A stretch of 64,000 nt of DNA from Amphiscolops sp. MND2022. Its lineage: Eukaryota. Positions 1 to 14,113 of the stretch are shown here, one piece after another. Numbering within the stretch: position 1 is the first letter of the stretch; each line of letters starts with the position of its first letter. The position numbers and the translations under genes were made by a program. The stretch spans positions 42,224,001 through 42,288,000 of the forward strand of contig OZ076413.1 in NCBI GenBank assembly GCA_964187785.1, given 5' to 3'. The notes under the pieces were generated by a model, which saw nothing but the letters and a program-made list of their open reading frames with translations, did not search any database and was not told the origin of the DNA.

Positions 1-165
1 GATTAGGATAAACTCACACATATCCGCCAAGCATTAATAACCTTTGAAAACGTAAAACTTTTGAAAATTGTCAATCACGGTTTCTTGTGTCAGGACTTGG
101 CGAGTGTATCATATTCATATGTGGTTTTCCTTTTTTGTTAATTAGCTTTAGTTGTTCTTTTACAG

Positions 166-480
166 ACTAAAGAAGACAAAGATAATTTGCTGCCGCTCAT
201 TTCAATCATCGGAATTGCTTCTCTCACCTTGATCGCTATTCTCTCGTACGTGATTGGTCATTCGGTAGCGATTAAGAGACAAACCTCCAAAACCAGAAAA
301 AAATCTAATTACACAAGGGAGCTCAATTCCAAATTGGCACATGACAACTTGGCCTATGAAAGGATTATGACAGGTGTTCTCTCTGGTACCGGTCAAACGA
401 CTTTGACGTCACGCATATTTGAGCGGGAAACCAAAACCCAAACTGATGGAGATTATCTGGATCCCCGAATCTGGATATGA
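166..480 (+). CDS. Probable 3' exon of a host single-pass membrane protein (TM helix plus cytoplasmic tail)
   Basis: Acceptor ttcttttacag ends at 165 in phase with the ORF. Hydrophobic LLPLISIIGIASLTLIAILSYVIG is followed by basic KRQTSKTRKK. A second frame stays open from ~464 to ~647, so there may be a frameshift at the CCCC run. Confidence 0.5.
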   Translation, partial: TKEDKDNLLPLISIIGIASLTLIAILSYVIGHSVAIKRQTSKTRKKSNYTRELNSKLAHDNLAYERIMTGVLSGTGQTTLTSRIFERETKTQTDGDYLDPRIWI

Positions 481-682
481 CCCAGAGTGGCACTAACTTG
501 CACAGAGGGGAAGGATTTTCGGTGTCAGACGTTTTTCTGAAACTCAAGATGGATTCGGCAACCAATCCCAATCTGTATGATCTAGGCGAGGGAGTGCCTT
601 CAACAATCTATACTGATGCATCTCTCAGATTACACACGCTTCCATAAACGTGCGTTTAAATAATGCGAACTTTGTGCTTTAA

Positions 683-1500
683 ACATACCGGGTTTCCCGA
701 CCGGACCGATCACAATCTGACCATATTATGGCACCATACAAATCTTACAAATTTCATTACAATGATCTTGCTATGATCGGCCTGGAATCGTATATGGTCC
801 AGATTATGATCGGCCTGGAATCATATATGGTCCAGACTATGATTAGCCTGAAATCATGAATTTTTGTTCCAAACACGGGTTTAGGTGACATGAAACCCGA
901 ATAAAAATTTTCAAAAATTGAGAACAGCCAGCTGTATAGGCTGAGGGCAATGGAGCCACATTCGACCTTTTGTATCTGCGAACGATGCATTGAAGGCCAA
1001 AACTCCGTTGAGCTATAAGCGGCGTTAAAGACAAACTATAGTCACTCAATTTGTTCTCAGTCACTCCTTAGTTAATATCTAACTCTTTTGTTATAGCAGT
1101 AACCACTTTGCAGTGTGATTTTTGATTGTTTCGAGAAAAATTACCAAATAATTCAGCAAAAGCTGCCAAAAATTACTATTTTGTGTGTTTGTGATTGTAA
1201 TGGCACTTTGGTTGAGGAATATCTAGTAATTTCATCAGTGTAGCCGTTAATTGTCTACGTTATCCTCATTTTCTTTTTATGGCTCCAGGCTGACCATACT
1301 CTGGGCAATAAAGGCTTGTCGTTCCAGGCTGACCATACTCTGGATGATATATGGCCCAGAATATGGTCAGACTGGAACCATGAACGTTGCTTTTTTATGG
1401 AACATGGCGTATCATAGACTGGACCATATATGTCCAGAGTATGGTCAGCCTGGAATCATACTGTGAGTGGCAGGGTATGACTGACCTGTTTTTGTATGGG
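683..1500. mobile_element. Non-autonomous DNA transposon-like element with inverted subterminal repeat arrays
   Basis: Left array of tatgatcggcctggaatcatatatggtccaga units (~770-850). Related units ccaggctgaccatactctgg / ccagagtatggtcagcctgg occur in both orientations at 1280-1460. Termini are not resolved. Confidence 0.45.
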
Positions 1501-1965
1501 AAAGAACCCAGGAACACCAGAACATTGAAGAACTAATCCAGACCAGCTGATTAAGTTGGGTAAGATCAACAGTAAACATCACTGGGAGAACGAGAAGATT
1601 CATTCGATAAACCAACTCTTCAACTCTTGGTATATACGAAATATCAAAATAGCAGCTCTTCGTATATAAAAAACTCAGTGTCACAGACTTTTAGCAGTGC
1701 AGTATCCGAAGAGCAACAGTAAACAAGCTGATCATACCCCCTTGCAACTCTTAAACTGGACTTGTTGTATGTGAATAAACAATCTCAACATTGTCTCTCA
1801 TTACTACCCTTTTAAACTTACTGTCTTAGTGATGTGAATTAAATATAACATGAAACAAAACTGATTTTTCTTCAACGGATACAAGATTTTCCATCATTCT
1901 AAGATCTTCATTTCATGTATTAAAATAGCATATGCATGATTAGGCATCTTGGTAATCTTTCCGTG

Positions 1966-3081
1966 TGAGATAATTTGCCAATTTCCTACTTTTCAACTGG
2001 TGGATAAGGTTGCTAGGAGTCATTTTACTTCTTACAGAATGTCAAGTGTGCACAAGAGTAAATCATGTTACACTATGACGTGGCCTTGAGATGTAAATAG
2101 AGCTACCTATTCCAACACAGTCATGCTGATTAATTATTTTTGTTCGCGTCACAACGAGCGAACGTTGTTCATTATTTACAACCATTTGAGTTTGTGAGCA
2201 ACGTTGATTCAAAAAAAGGTAGATGTGATCGACTTCAGGTTATTCCTAATCTGACGTTAACACAACACGCAAAGAATAATATGACAAGTAACTTTTTTTT
2301 TCAGTGAGAAAATAAGGGGGTAAGAGCACAATTCTGATATTTCACTCGGGAACAGTTCGAATCTTTTAACTTCACCAACGTGCAAAACATTATTTTGATT
2401 ATAACTGCCTTTCTTTTCGTTTCAACTCTTTACTTTTTCTCTTCTCATCTTGAACTCTTGATAACTGTTTTTTGCTGAAACGTTTATTTCAAAGCTTGTT
2501 TCACCCTCAAAAAACTTTTCACCCCACTAAAGATGGGAAATAAGAGGAACAAGAGCTGAGACCCCTTCAGCAGAGAGACATGAGCGCAATCGACGTAGAC
2601 GAACAACATCAAGGTAATAAAACGTTAGGTAATGCTGATGATCCATATGGAGATTAAGGTGGAAATAGTTTAAATACTCACCAATTAGACCCTACACAAG
2701 TAAGCAACGGAAAACAAGTATGAATTCAAATCTTTGAAAAGAGAAATGATGAAAGAATTTGGAGATTGAGACAAGACATAGAAGACAAATTCCAAGCCTT
2801 TTTGAAGAAAACGAGTTCGATTAAAAATGTAATCTTAATGACAAACCTAAGATCAGAATCAAAAGGTATGCATTTTGGGGGACCTTCGAGATTTGGAATT
2901 TAGCAGTCTAACGGGGTTCACGCAGCAGATAAAGAAAACATAAATTCAGACACTGAAGATTTCCCTATCCGATCTTCCGGAATGAACGATCTTAAGCAAC
3001 CTGTAAAATAAATGGTACATAAACACCAAGAATTAGTCGATTCGATATTTGATAATGACTGCACGGAGGAGGATTATCACA
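1966..3081 (+). mobile_element. Probable solo LTR (~1.1 kb) containing a decayed ORF start
   Basis: Starts TGAGATAAT and ends ATTATCACA (imperfect inverted termini, TG..CA). Flanked by CCGTG/CAGTG (5-bp TSD, 1 mismatch). A decayed ORF MGNKRNKS...EEDYH runs from ~2533 to the right end. Confidence 0.5.
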
Positions 3082-3539
3082 CAGTGTTTCAAAATCTTTC
3101 GTAATCAAACATCTCCAGCTGAGCTAGCTGAACATAGCCAGCAAACTACAGCGTTTTAATACAATAATGTCATTTTTATGGTCTAGATTGATATCGCAAT
3201 TACATGGCAACGTGATGGTATCTGCAAGAGGTCGAGGGACCAAGAGACAGAGCAGTTCTTAGTACGTAGGACAGTCCACGCTCAATTCCATTAAATTTGC
3301 AATGCGTCTTTTTGTGGGAGATTGATTTGCTCTTCATTGCTAGTCCTCTGTAAATACTTATTCTTTTTTGTATTCGCTTCAACAAATAGTCATTGACAGT
3401 GTTAATTTGCTGTTTTGTAGGTTCTACTTCAAACCCAGTCTGGGAAAGTTTTTCGGAAAAACAATTCGAGCAACTCGAATGAAACTCCCAGCGATATCCC
3501 AAGATTTACGATCAATTTTCCCTATTACTGTCACTGGTG

Positions 3540-6500
3540 TAACTCCTCAGCAACTGAAATACTTAACACTAAATGTTTTCACTACTAATTCATGCTTCGG
3601 TTGGATTTGTAGTACAGTTACATTGAACTGAATTGAAGTAAAATAAGCCAACCTTTCACAATTTGGAGCTCCTACAAATCTTTCTCCAACCTACAACGCC
3701 GAGTTTTTCTCCTTCAATCTCGCCTTGTTCTTCTCCAAACTCGCCGCCAAAACTCAGCATTGCTTCCTTTCCAAAACAATGATCGCTCCCAAACTCACCT
3801 TTTTGCAGATAATACGTATCTCGTTCCACCGAACCCCGCTTCTGCGCTCCAGTTGCCGTTCGACAGTCTGCCGCTTGACCGTACGCCACTCGAAAGTCAG
3901 CCCAATTTGATTAACTCAAGTTCTCATCCAGTTCGGCACACCTCCTGTCTTGCTCAAACCCAATCATCCGTGGCTGTTTTCGTCTCTCGCTTACCCAACT
4001 TACATCAGGAGTATAACCAGCCCCTGCAAACTCCCAGCATTTTTCTGCCGGTTTCACGCTTCAGCCAGTTTCGATTCGTCTCCCAACAGCAACTGCCATA
4101 CGCCGTCTTTTCACCGCTTCTTATATCGCATTTGTGCAAAGCGATTTTGGCTCAGCTCTTCCGCCAACAACTACAAAACCGGTCTTTGCTGAAAGCCTTT
4201 CGCGCCCGTTTCCTGACCAAGAGCCTTTCCCTCTTTCCTCCATTACTGCTGCAACAGCTTTTGCCGCAACATCTTTTTCAGTTCCGACCAATGGTATATT
4301 AACAACAATCGACGCTTCCTCGCGTCCGATCGCTTCTACCTATTTTTCAAATCTCCATCCGTCAACCTACATTCCAACACATACCCAACCACCTGCAAAA
4401 AAACCCCCGCTTCTGCAGTTGCCCATGTTTGACGGTGACCCACTTCAATACCATGATCAGATTAACACTTTCAAGGCCACCGTCTAAAGAAACATGTCTA
4501 ATACAGACCCTCACTGAGTACCCTATCTCCAAAATGCAGTTAGTGGTCCAGTCAAAGACAAAACAAAAGTTTTTCTTGTAACCCCACCTTCTACGCAGCA
4601 GCACTTGCTGATATCGAGAAACGATTCGATGACACCGACTATATCGTCGCGTTTACATCACGAAGCTTGAGACTTACCCACAATTTTCTTTGCATGATGT
4701 CAAATCCATCACTGGCTACAACACGTTCACCAAAGAATTCGCTTGAATCTTCTCCGATCTTTGTTTTTATTCTGACTTAATGTCTTCCACCGTCCTTCGA
4801 TTAGCCAAAGACAAACTTCCTAAACCACGTCTTGTGATGTGGACTGAATACACCATCCAGACGTCGATTGCCAAACCCAGTCTACTTCGTTTTCAAGTTT
4901 GACTGGATCTCGAACTTGCAGTGTATAAAAAACTCAACCTGCGACACCCTTCAAAAACTCAAGTTTCTTCGTCTTTCAAACCCAAGTCTGATCGTAGTGG
5001 TATTTCGTCCTGAGATTCTCTTCGTAATCCATCAACCCAAAGAAAACATCCACCATCTTGTCCATTCTGTAATCTTGAACACTATGCTCCCAGTTACCCA
5101 AAATACCGGAAGCCACTCCCAAGCAGCATCTCCATTTCATCAAAAATCAGAGGCTTTGTCTTAACTGCCTAGTCAAAAGATCACATGAAATCATCGTGTC
5201 CGTCCAGAACTCGGTGTTCCAAGCACGATGGTAGGACACTTTATCACAATACACTTCCTGAACACTTTAGCCAATCGCATGCCCGATCTCAGCATGACCA
5301 AGGATCAAGCCGAAACACCTCCAATGCTGCCAACAGAACTCAGCCGACAACGATCAATTCGATAGCCACCAACTAAAGACCCCACTCGCCCGTCGCAGTT
5401 CAACGCCACTGCCTTGAATCGAAGGTTCGAGAAATTCCCGAAAGATTTATTTTCAGTCCTTCGACTTGTCCCTGTTTCGGTGATCAATGATGACAAAGTC
5501 TTCGATACCTACGCCCTCATTGATAGTGGAAGTACTGCTACGTATATCCTGGATCACATCACGAAAGCCTTCAATTTGGAAACCAGTGAAAACTTCGTCT
5601 TAGATGACAGTTTTTGAGTATCTCCCACTCAATATCGACATCCGTCCTTTCAACAAATTTTTTTCTCGCCCCGTACGCTGACCACGAGAGAGTTTTCCCT
5701 GTTTGCAACGTCTTCTCCACTCCAGCATCAACTTGCCCCGGTGACACAAAATAATTGCTCGAATTCTAACAAGAATTTCTTCAACTTCGATATGAAATTC
5801 CCCGATGTCCACAATGGTAAAATCGGAACACTCCTTGGTACAGCTTGAGTGCAGTTCACTCACGCACCGGAATGGATTCGTTGTGCTCCCAACTGTCCCG
5901 CTGGGGTTCGAAAAGAACTAGGATGGACCATTGCAAGTGAATTCAGGCAAAATGAAAAACTCATCATCTGGTGTCACCAAGTCTTTGCCTCACACTCGCC
6001 ATCTCTCGAAATCCACCCTTCAACTGATATGTTAGAAAAATATTGAACTATCAAAAAAGCCGATTGTGAACCTGCTATCGACAAAAAGTGTCTCTTAGAG
6101 TTGAAGAAGCCCTCCGCATCTTCAATGAAACTTGTCATCACAATGGAGAATGCTATGACATTCGCCTACCTTGGAAATCTTCTGCCTCGCTACCAACTGA
6201 CTACTTTGCCGCAGTCAGTCAAGCCCATAGTTTTGAGAAACGTCTGAGAGACAAACCGATTGTCTTACAGAAATACAAGGAAACCCTCACCAAAGATTTC
6301 GCCTCGAAATACGTCAAACCTAATATCAAACAACAGCCACGTACTAAAAATTTGGTGTCAACCAACACACCCTGTTGAAAACCAAAACAAGTCAGGAAAA
6401 ACTCGTCGCGTCGCGAATGCACCTTCATAATTGTAGGACTGTTCACTCAACACTTGTCTTCTGACCGGACTTCATCTTTCGGCCGACTTGCTTGAACTGA

Positions 6501-9344
6501 TTTTCCGTTTTCGAGAAGATGCATTTGGTGTCCTTGCTGGTATCGAAGGCATGTTCATGCAAATAGAAATTCGCAAGGAAGATCAGTCAGCCTTACGTTT
6601 GCTTTGGTTGGAGCACAACGTAATTCGCAAGTACCAATACAACCGCCAATTGTTCGCCGTTTTTTGCAACTTTTGTACTCCGGAAATGCACAGCCGACCC
6701 TTCAACTCAGTTCCCGGAAGTGTATCGAGCTTTAAGAAAAAACTTCTACATGGAATACTTCATTGAGTCTTTTCCGAATCTGTCCGATGCTCGTCGTCTG
6801 ACCAAACACTTACGCAGCGTTTTCATGCGAGGCGGTTTCTGTCTCACAATTTTATTATCTAACAACTCCACATCAATTCATCATCTTCCAGAATCCGAGA
6901 AAGACACGCCTGTTCAAACGACAAGAGTCTTTGGTCAGACTTGGCGTATGACTGATGACACATACACTGCTCCTCCGCCAAAGCCCGTACTCACGCCGAC
7001 AACTCTACGCCAGCTTTTCAGTCTTGTCTCGCCTGTTCTTAATCCCATCAGTTTACTAGCGTCGTTCAGTTTAAAATTTTTTACAGTCGTTTTGGAAACG
7101 TGGACCGAAATGGGATCAATTGATTCCAAATGATCTACAGTCGATCGCAGGTACACTCGTCAACCAGTATCGAAACCTGCATTTTGTTTCCGTCCCGTGC
7201 CGGACTCGCCAGCCCTGTGATCCCGCCCAGCTACACGTTTTCACAGACGCCTCTATTTCAGCATTCGCCGCCGTCATTTACGCCTGTCTGTCGAATATCG
7301 CTCCGAAACGCGCTATAATCACTTTCGTACTCAAAAAAGTCGCGTTGCCCCTCTCAAACATTTAAGCGTGTCGAAACATGAACTTGAAGACGCTCTAATG
7401 GGTCTCTGTCTACTGCAAATCGTCCGAAGAGCATTCGATCAAAACGTTCGGGTTGTTACTTTCTGGACAGACAGTTCTGTTGTACTCGACGGGATCCGAA
7501 ACCAGAAAACAACTCAAATGTTTCGTTGCTCACGGAGTTGACGAAGTATCACGCCCTTCTGTTCCCTAGGGTTGGAGGTATATTCCTTCCAATCTAAATC
7601 CAATCATTCACAGCACCAGAGGTCTGAAACCCACAGACCTCTCCAAGAAATGGACAAAAAGTCCAAGGTTTTTGACAGAAATTGCTCAACACTGGCCAAC
7701 GAGGCCAAACAACAAATCGGTTGAAAACGTTTGCGCATTCGCAAGTGCTAAGCACCCGCCTGTCCTATTTGACGTCCTCCGATTTTCGTCAAGGCTCCGC
7801 TTGTTTAAAACGTTAGCACAAGTCATGCGTTTTATTCGCCGCCTACGCCCTTGACACTCTGGTACAGGACTAAGTAACGCCGATTTCCAGCATGCCCGTT
7901 TTCTGCTCATACGACAGACACAAGCTGAGTCTTTTACGTCAAGAGTTGCCCACCTGCAATGCAACGTCCGTCCATCACCACAAGGTAAGCTTTTGCCGTA
8001 AAATCCAGTGCTCGATTATCAAGGAATCCTTCGTTCTGCCGGCCGCCTGAAATACGCACCACTGACGAAATAAACACAACTTCCCATCATTTAAGTCGCT
8101 AAGAAGCGCATGCCGTTAAGAACTTTCGCATGCCGTTAGCCCCAATAGGTCCGGAATACGTCAATGTTTTCCTGCAACAACGTTTTTATTGGCGTTCGTT
8201 CCGCCCTTTGAAGCGTAAGTCGCAGGTGTTTCTCTTGCAGTTGTTTTTGCACGGAAAACATTCAACCTTTTGTGGCCCCCTTGCCTCCTTTCCGTTTTCT
8301 TTGACCAGATGCGCCTTTCTCTCTCGTTCAAACAGGTATTGACTTGTTTGGACGTTTCTTTATCGTCAATGGAAAGATGCTAGATAAGAACTACGCGATC
8401 ATCTTGAACTGCCAGGTTACTCGCGCTTGTCATCTTGAGTCATGTGTTTTCATGACTAGTGACAGGTTCCTAACGCTTTCCACCGACTCGTTCCCAGGCG
8501 AGAACAATGGCATCTTCTGAGATCAGACGATGAGAGCAATTTCGTTGGTGCACGACGTGTTTTCCAGCAATCCCTCAACAACAGCAAAAAAATCGTCCGT
8601 GAGCATCTTCATCTGCGAGTCCACTGATATGCGATGGGACTTGAACCCTCATTTTGCCCCTTCGGTGGTGTTTGAGAAAGAAGGATACAAACAGCTAAAA
8701 GCACTCACTCGATCTTTTTTGCTCAAAGAATCTGACACTCGATTTCTTTCAGACTATTCTAACAGAAACCGAACAGCAGACCAACGACGAGCCTCTCGCA
8801 ACTCTCCGAAGAGGCATTGTTTTTTTGCCTCACAGGCCTACGCAAACCTCCCACCTGGAATTTTTAAAGATACGAAGGAACCTTTGTCCTTTAAATCAAG
8901 GAAAGAAGTTCAAAAAGTAATAAACCATTTTTGGGATAGGCGCCTCACGGAGTATCTGCCAACTTTTCATCAACGCTCTAAATTGAATCAAGACCAGCAA
9001 TTTACTCCAAGTCGGGGGTAATGTGTGGGTTCTCGAAGACGTGAGCGCACGTAGATTCTGGCCTCTGGCAGGAACTGTATCTCTGCACCCTGGTCTGATG
9101 GAATGATCCGTGTTTGTTCAGTAAGAGCAGCTTACGGAACCTTCGAACGACCTGCCGTTTCTCTTTATTATCGCGTTTTCGCCCGCGAGGGCTCGCTCCG
9201 CAATTTCCAACTTGCCTCTCTTCCTCTCTTCCTTTCATCTTGGGGTACGGACTCCTCAGTCTTTCTTAACTCTTACATAACTCCTCTTACTTAACTCTAA
9301 ATGTTTTCACGACTAATTCATGCTTCGGTTGGATTTGTAGTATA
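3540..9344 (+). mobile_element. Degenerate BEL/Pao LTR retrotransposon (gag-PR-RT-RH-IN, many stops and frameshifts)
   Basis: Motifs in order: LPMFDGDPLQY (gag), CPSRTRC..H (Zn knuckle), TYALIDSGS (protease), LGWTI, LPWK, FRFRE..A..IEGMFMQI (RT), LHVFTDAS..AFAAVIY (RNase H), GIDLFG, FWDRRLTEYLP (IN C-terminal). A ~65-bp LTR remnant is shared by 3541-3616 and 9279-9344. Confidence 0.9.
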
Positions 9345-9499
9345 CTTTCTTTACCCCAAGCTATTTGATTCCAGAAAATGTTTTTCGTTCGAATGATTTT
9401 GAGGAAAATTTTGCGTTTAAGCAGAATATTTTTAACAGAAAACCATATAGCCTGGCTGGCTTGGTTCTGCTGAGGAAAATCGTCGATACAATCTATAAA

Positions 9500-9870
9500 A
9501 TTTTACTCCTGAAACAACTCACGATTCACGTCACTCGCTGAGATTTTGGGTTGTCGTTTGTGTTTTTTGTTTATCAATGATTTGCTTAAGACATGCAACA
9601 AATCTTTTCTTCTGCTGATGACATAGAACCTACATGTAAATCGTCTACATCATCGAAAAACAATACAAATGCGATGAAAGTTCATGTTTCCAAGTGTACA
9701 ATTTTATCTTTTGGCAAAACATTGCCATAAACGAATAAGAATGTTTGAATTGGATTATGTATTTGGTGATTTGGCCGAAATGGATAAAATCAAGCAATTA
9801 GGTATCAGCATTGACAAGAATTTGAATTTTCATAGTCATGTAGGATATATTCGAAAAAAGTAGTGAACCT
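9500..9870 (+). pseudogene. LINE (CR1/L2/Jockey-like) reverse transcriptase relic
   Basis: Broken frames read FINDL, SADD, NAMKVHVSKCTILSF and IKQLGISIDKNLNFHSHVGYIRKK, typical of the C-terminal half of non-LTR RT. Confidence 0.65.
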
Positions 9871-10865
9871 CAATGGCCTGCTGTTTGAGACAGGGTATCG
9901 TTTTCGACGAAATATTCCATTATGATTTTACAACATTGAATTTTAGATCCTTTTCGTTTTTATTGCGTAGCAGTTGTTCATCCAAGATTTATAAAAAAAA
10001 TTGTATGTCAATCATTTTGCACATGACACGGAATAGCATGGTAACCTCCAAAAACAAAACCAAGTTAATGAAAGATCTGGAAATTGACTTGGCGCAAAAG
10101 AATTATTGGTATGTCACGAACAAGTTGACAGTTAACGCATCCAAGTCCATCGTTTCTGTAATTTCACACTTACCAGAAAACATTAAAAGAAACGGATCGT
10201 ATTTGTGAACTGATTAGCTGATGAAAAGCAAATATGATTGAAATCAAGTTTTTAGGCATTAGGTTAAGTTTTTTTGTCAAAGAGCAATTAACGAAGTTTG
10301 ATTACTCGTTAATTTTTTCCAATAATTTTATTTCAGAAGTATATGAGGTTCTACCCAGAAGATAAGAAACAAGTCCTATCTTACGTAATGCTCCTGTATG
10401 AAGGTTCCAAAACCTAAGGTGTAAAATGAGGTTGTTTCGTTGCAAAAACGGGTAATTGAGTTTCCAATTTATTTTAGAGCTCAAAATATCTATTATGTGT
10501 GTACCATACACCGAAGAATTTTTCAAAAAGACTCTCTTTCAAACCTATGGTAATTCAACAAAAATCATTGGACATCAAAATTTCAAAGAGTCAACGCTTC
10601 GCGCGATCTCAAATCGGAGATTATTTCACCCTCCTGCTTTGTTCACTGTTACGGTAAAGAATTTGCTAGACTGAATGACATCATGTTGCTAAAGTTGTTC
10701 ATTTGAAAAAAGATTATCCGTTCAAGTTTGGAAATAGAATGGACAAAAGTTCTCCAAAATTGTTTTTTTTCAAACGTTCAAAGAGTTGTACATCCAGAGA
10801 GCATTGAATCTATTCTCAACTTCATTTTTTCTGAATAGGAAGGTTTACGTTTCCAAATTATCCTG

Positions 10866-12735
10866 AACAAGACGGCCGCTGACCATCGGATAATTTACGC
10901 CCCAAAATGTTCTATAACGACATAAATTTAAGGCTCAAAAGCAGCCAATGCACTATGAAAATGCAAAGAGGTTCATACCGAAGAAAAGAAAATTTTGATT
11001 CATATTAGTACATTTTTGCAGGAAACACCTAATTTATGAATATGCAAGTTCCAAGTACCTAATTGTCTTATTATTGAGCCAAGTGGAAACCGTCCCTAAC
11101 ATCCCATTTTTTTGTTTTTGCACAAAATGTCACCAACATTGTCAAAAACTGGGAAAATTTGATATTTTCAACAACTTTGGGGTCATTTTGAGGAATTTTT
11201 TGTACAATAAATACATATGTCGCATGTAAAAAGCCTTCTGGACACCGAATCGCGTTGAACGTTTACACCATTCTAATCTACGATACTAACAGCTCGAAAA
11301 TACTACAGGAAACTGCATAAAAACGTCGAATTTTTCAACTTTTTGTGTCTTTCTGTTTTTCTTCCTATAAGGGAACCTGCCGAATATTTTTTCGGAAGGC
11401 CTAGTGCATTGCTAGTGATTTCGCTTGGAGCTTTTTGAATTCTAACTTTTCGACAATTGATGTCCAAAAAAGTATTTTCGTTTTCGAGTAAAACTTTTAA
11501 AAATCTTTTGCAAAAACATTTGTCCGAATCTATTGGAAACACTACCAGTGCGTACATTTTTCAATCCTTAGCCTATGGAATTTCAGCTGAAGGAAACACT
11601 AGAAAACGTTACAAAATTGGGATTAAGTTGTCAAAAATTTGAAAAAGTCGGAACGTTTGACATCTTTTAAGTTAAATTCCAGGAATTTTATCTTATTTTG
11701 TTTTTCAAATTGCATTTCGAAGACCCCATTCTTTCTACGTGCAAGGCAAAGGAAGTTCTTTTCTAAAAAATGTTTGTGAATTGAACAAAAACTGGGATAG
11801 TTTCGACAAAAAACTTGCATTTTAGTCGTTTTCTGGTTTGATTTTGAGGTCAATTCAAACAAAAAATTGCTGTTTTTCTTGAGAAACGCCTACTGGATAC
11901 TGGGTTTAGTCATTGCCGAGTTTTTTTAAACCATTGTATACAAAAGAATTGCCCAAGATTCATCCAAAATATTGCATTAAAAAACTTGGAAAATAAAAAA
12001 TTTTCGCATATTTTGTGCCAATTTGAGGTAATTTCCTTCAATAAAAACTTCAAATTTCTCTCTAAAACGCCTGCTGCGAAACTAGATATTTCATTGTGAA
12101 CTTTTCGAAGCCTTTATATCACCAAATGTTTTAAATTCAATTGAAATTTTACTTGAAAAGGTCAAAAATTAACAAAATTTTTTGATTTTTCGCTTTAGAT
12201 TTGAGGCAATTTCCTGCGGAAGCCTGCAAATGTGTCTTCGAAAAAGACTATTGGATAAAGAGTTCAATGGTCGTTGAACGTTTCCAGTATTCAGACTACA
12301 AAACATTTTAAAAGTACATATAAGTGGGATAAAACGTGCAGTCATTCTGAAGTAATTTTATATGCGTCTGCCTAACTAGTTTTGCTCATTTTTGAAGGTT
12401 TCAAACCATCTAAATCCTGAAATCTCTCGGAAATCGTACCGATATTGCATGAGGAAAAACAAAAACATGAAGTTTTTGGATTTTTTTGACCGTTTCTCTG
12501 GGTCAATATGATGCATTTTCCCACTACAAACTGTATTAAATGCTTGACAAGCCTACTGGAAAACGATTTTTTTCCTTGGTGAACCGTTTTGACTTTGTAA
12601 TCCAAGAAGTGTATCAAAAAATTGACAATAATTGCTTAAAATCGTTGAAAATTGGAAAACTTTGGACTTTTGTCATTTCTGGCGTCAGTTTACTTTTGAA
12701 AATTGCATTTATCTTTTCATAAAAGACTACTAGAC
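10866..12735 (+). repeat. Copy of an interspersed repeat family starting AACAAGRCG.CCGCTGA (Helitron/Helentron-like, non-autonomous) with internal ~180-bp tandem units
   Basis: The first ~100 bp is shared with 17457 and 21001, and the cctactgga motif recurs. The right end is approximate. Confidence 0.55.
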
Positions 12736-14113
12736 ATTTATATAGTTCTGGTTTTTATTAGGAATTTGACTTTGAGTTGAATTGCTTGGAAAGCTGAAAA
12801 ACTTCTGGTTACGACCTGTCTTTGGCTGGAGACCGCAGGGTTTTGCTAGCTCTGTACTGTGGGTTGGATATTCCTTAGATTGTTGAACGCGCTCAATTTG
12901 TTCCTCTAAAAAGTTACCTCATCGGAAAGCTCAAAGTTGTTTCCTCTGCGAAAAAAAACTCACAAACCGGAGTTCAACACGAATATGACCGAGACTTAGG
13001 GTTGTCTTCACTAGTTGTTTTTCTCTTCATTGTATTTGGGCTTGCAAAAGAGTAAAGACAACTTTTTCATAGCATGAATCACAGAACTTTTTCCCAGCAG
13101 TTCATCAGAGTTTAAGAGAACTCCAGGGATACAAGTGATTTATGGAAAACCAGTCCATTCAGGCACCGTAGGTTCAAGAGTAGACATCCGGAACTGTGCT
13201 GCATGCAAACCTTGAGTAAATTATCCGGGTTAACCGGTGGAACTTCAGAGATTCTGCTTTTCTTGAGCGTTATACGATTCGCCGATTAATGCCGATACCG
13301 ATCTTTATTCAAATTATTCCCTCTATTGAAGCAGAGGAAAAACCAAAGGAGGGATAATAAAAAGTTGTGGGAAGCTGATGGACAATACTCGATAATACTT
13401 GATGAACAGCGCTATAGCTTGAACAGAACTATCAAAAAAGTAATAACAGCAGAATGTCAGCAAGGAAGACAAGGAAAGAATTGACCTTTAGTGAGACCTA
13501 ACCAACTCATTTTTCTGAAGGAAATGAAACTATATCCCCAAAGAAAAAACAAAACAATTTGTAAAACGACGTTGACGAAATTGTCTGGTGTCTTTAGGTG
13601 ACACCGAAAACAATTCAGGATTTTTGAGGAAGTTTTGGAATTTTTGACATCAAGCATTTTTTTCAAAGAAGTCCAAATACAGCCAGAAAAATATGTGACT
13701 TGAATTTTCCTAATTGAATTTTGACGAACAACCTCTGTTTTTCAGTATCAAATTGAAAAACGCCAAAAAGGAACGTGACTGAAAAAAAATAGAATTTTCT
13801 GTGCCTGTGTCAAAATTTTTACAATTACTGGTTTGAGTACATGTTCGTACCACAATATAGAATATTGTCATTGACTCGGTATATAATTGAGACTCATTTG
13901 CGTTTCAGGGGTATAAATTAATCCATATTACACAGAATAGAATTAGGAAACGTTCAAAATTTGATCAAAATTTCTAACACTATCACCTGCAGTTCCTCTG
14001 AAAAACTGAAACCCTCAAGCCCTTATAAGAAAGAAAGGATTTTTCAAAAATAATTACTTCAAAGGAAAAACCCATGCGCAAAACTAAGAATTGGGTAGTA
14101 AGTTTGTTTGATT

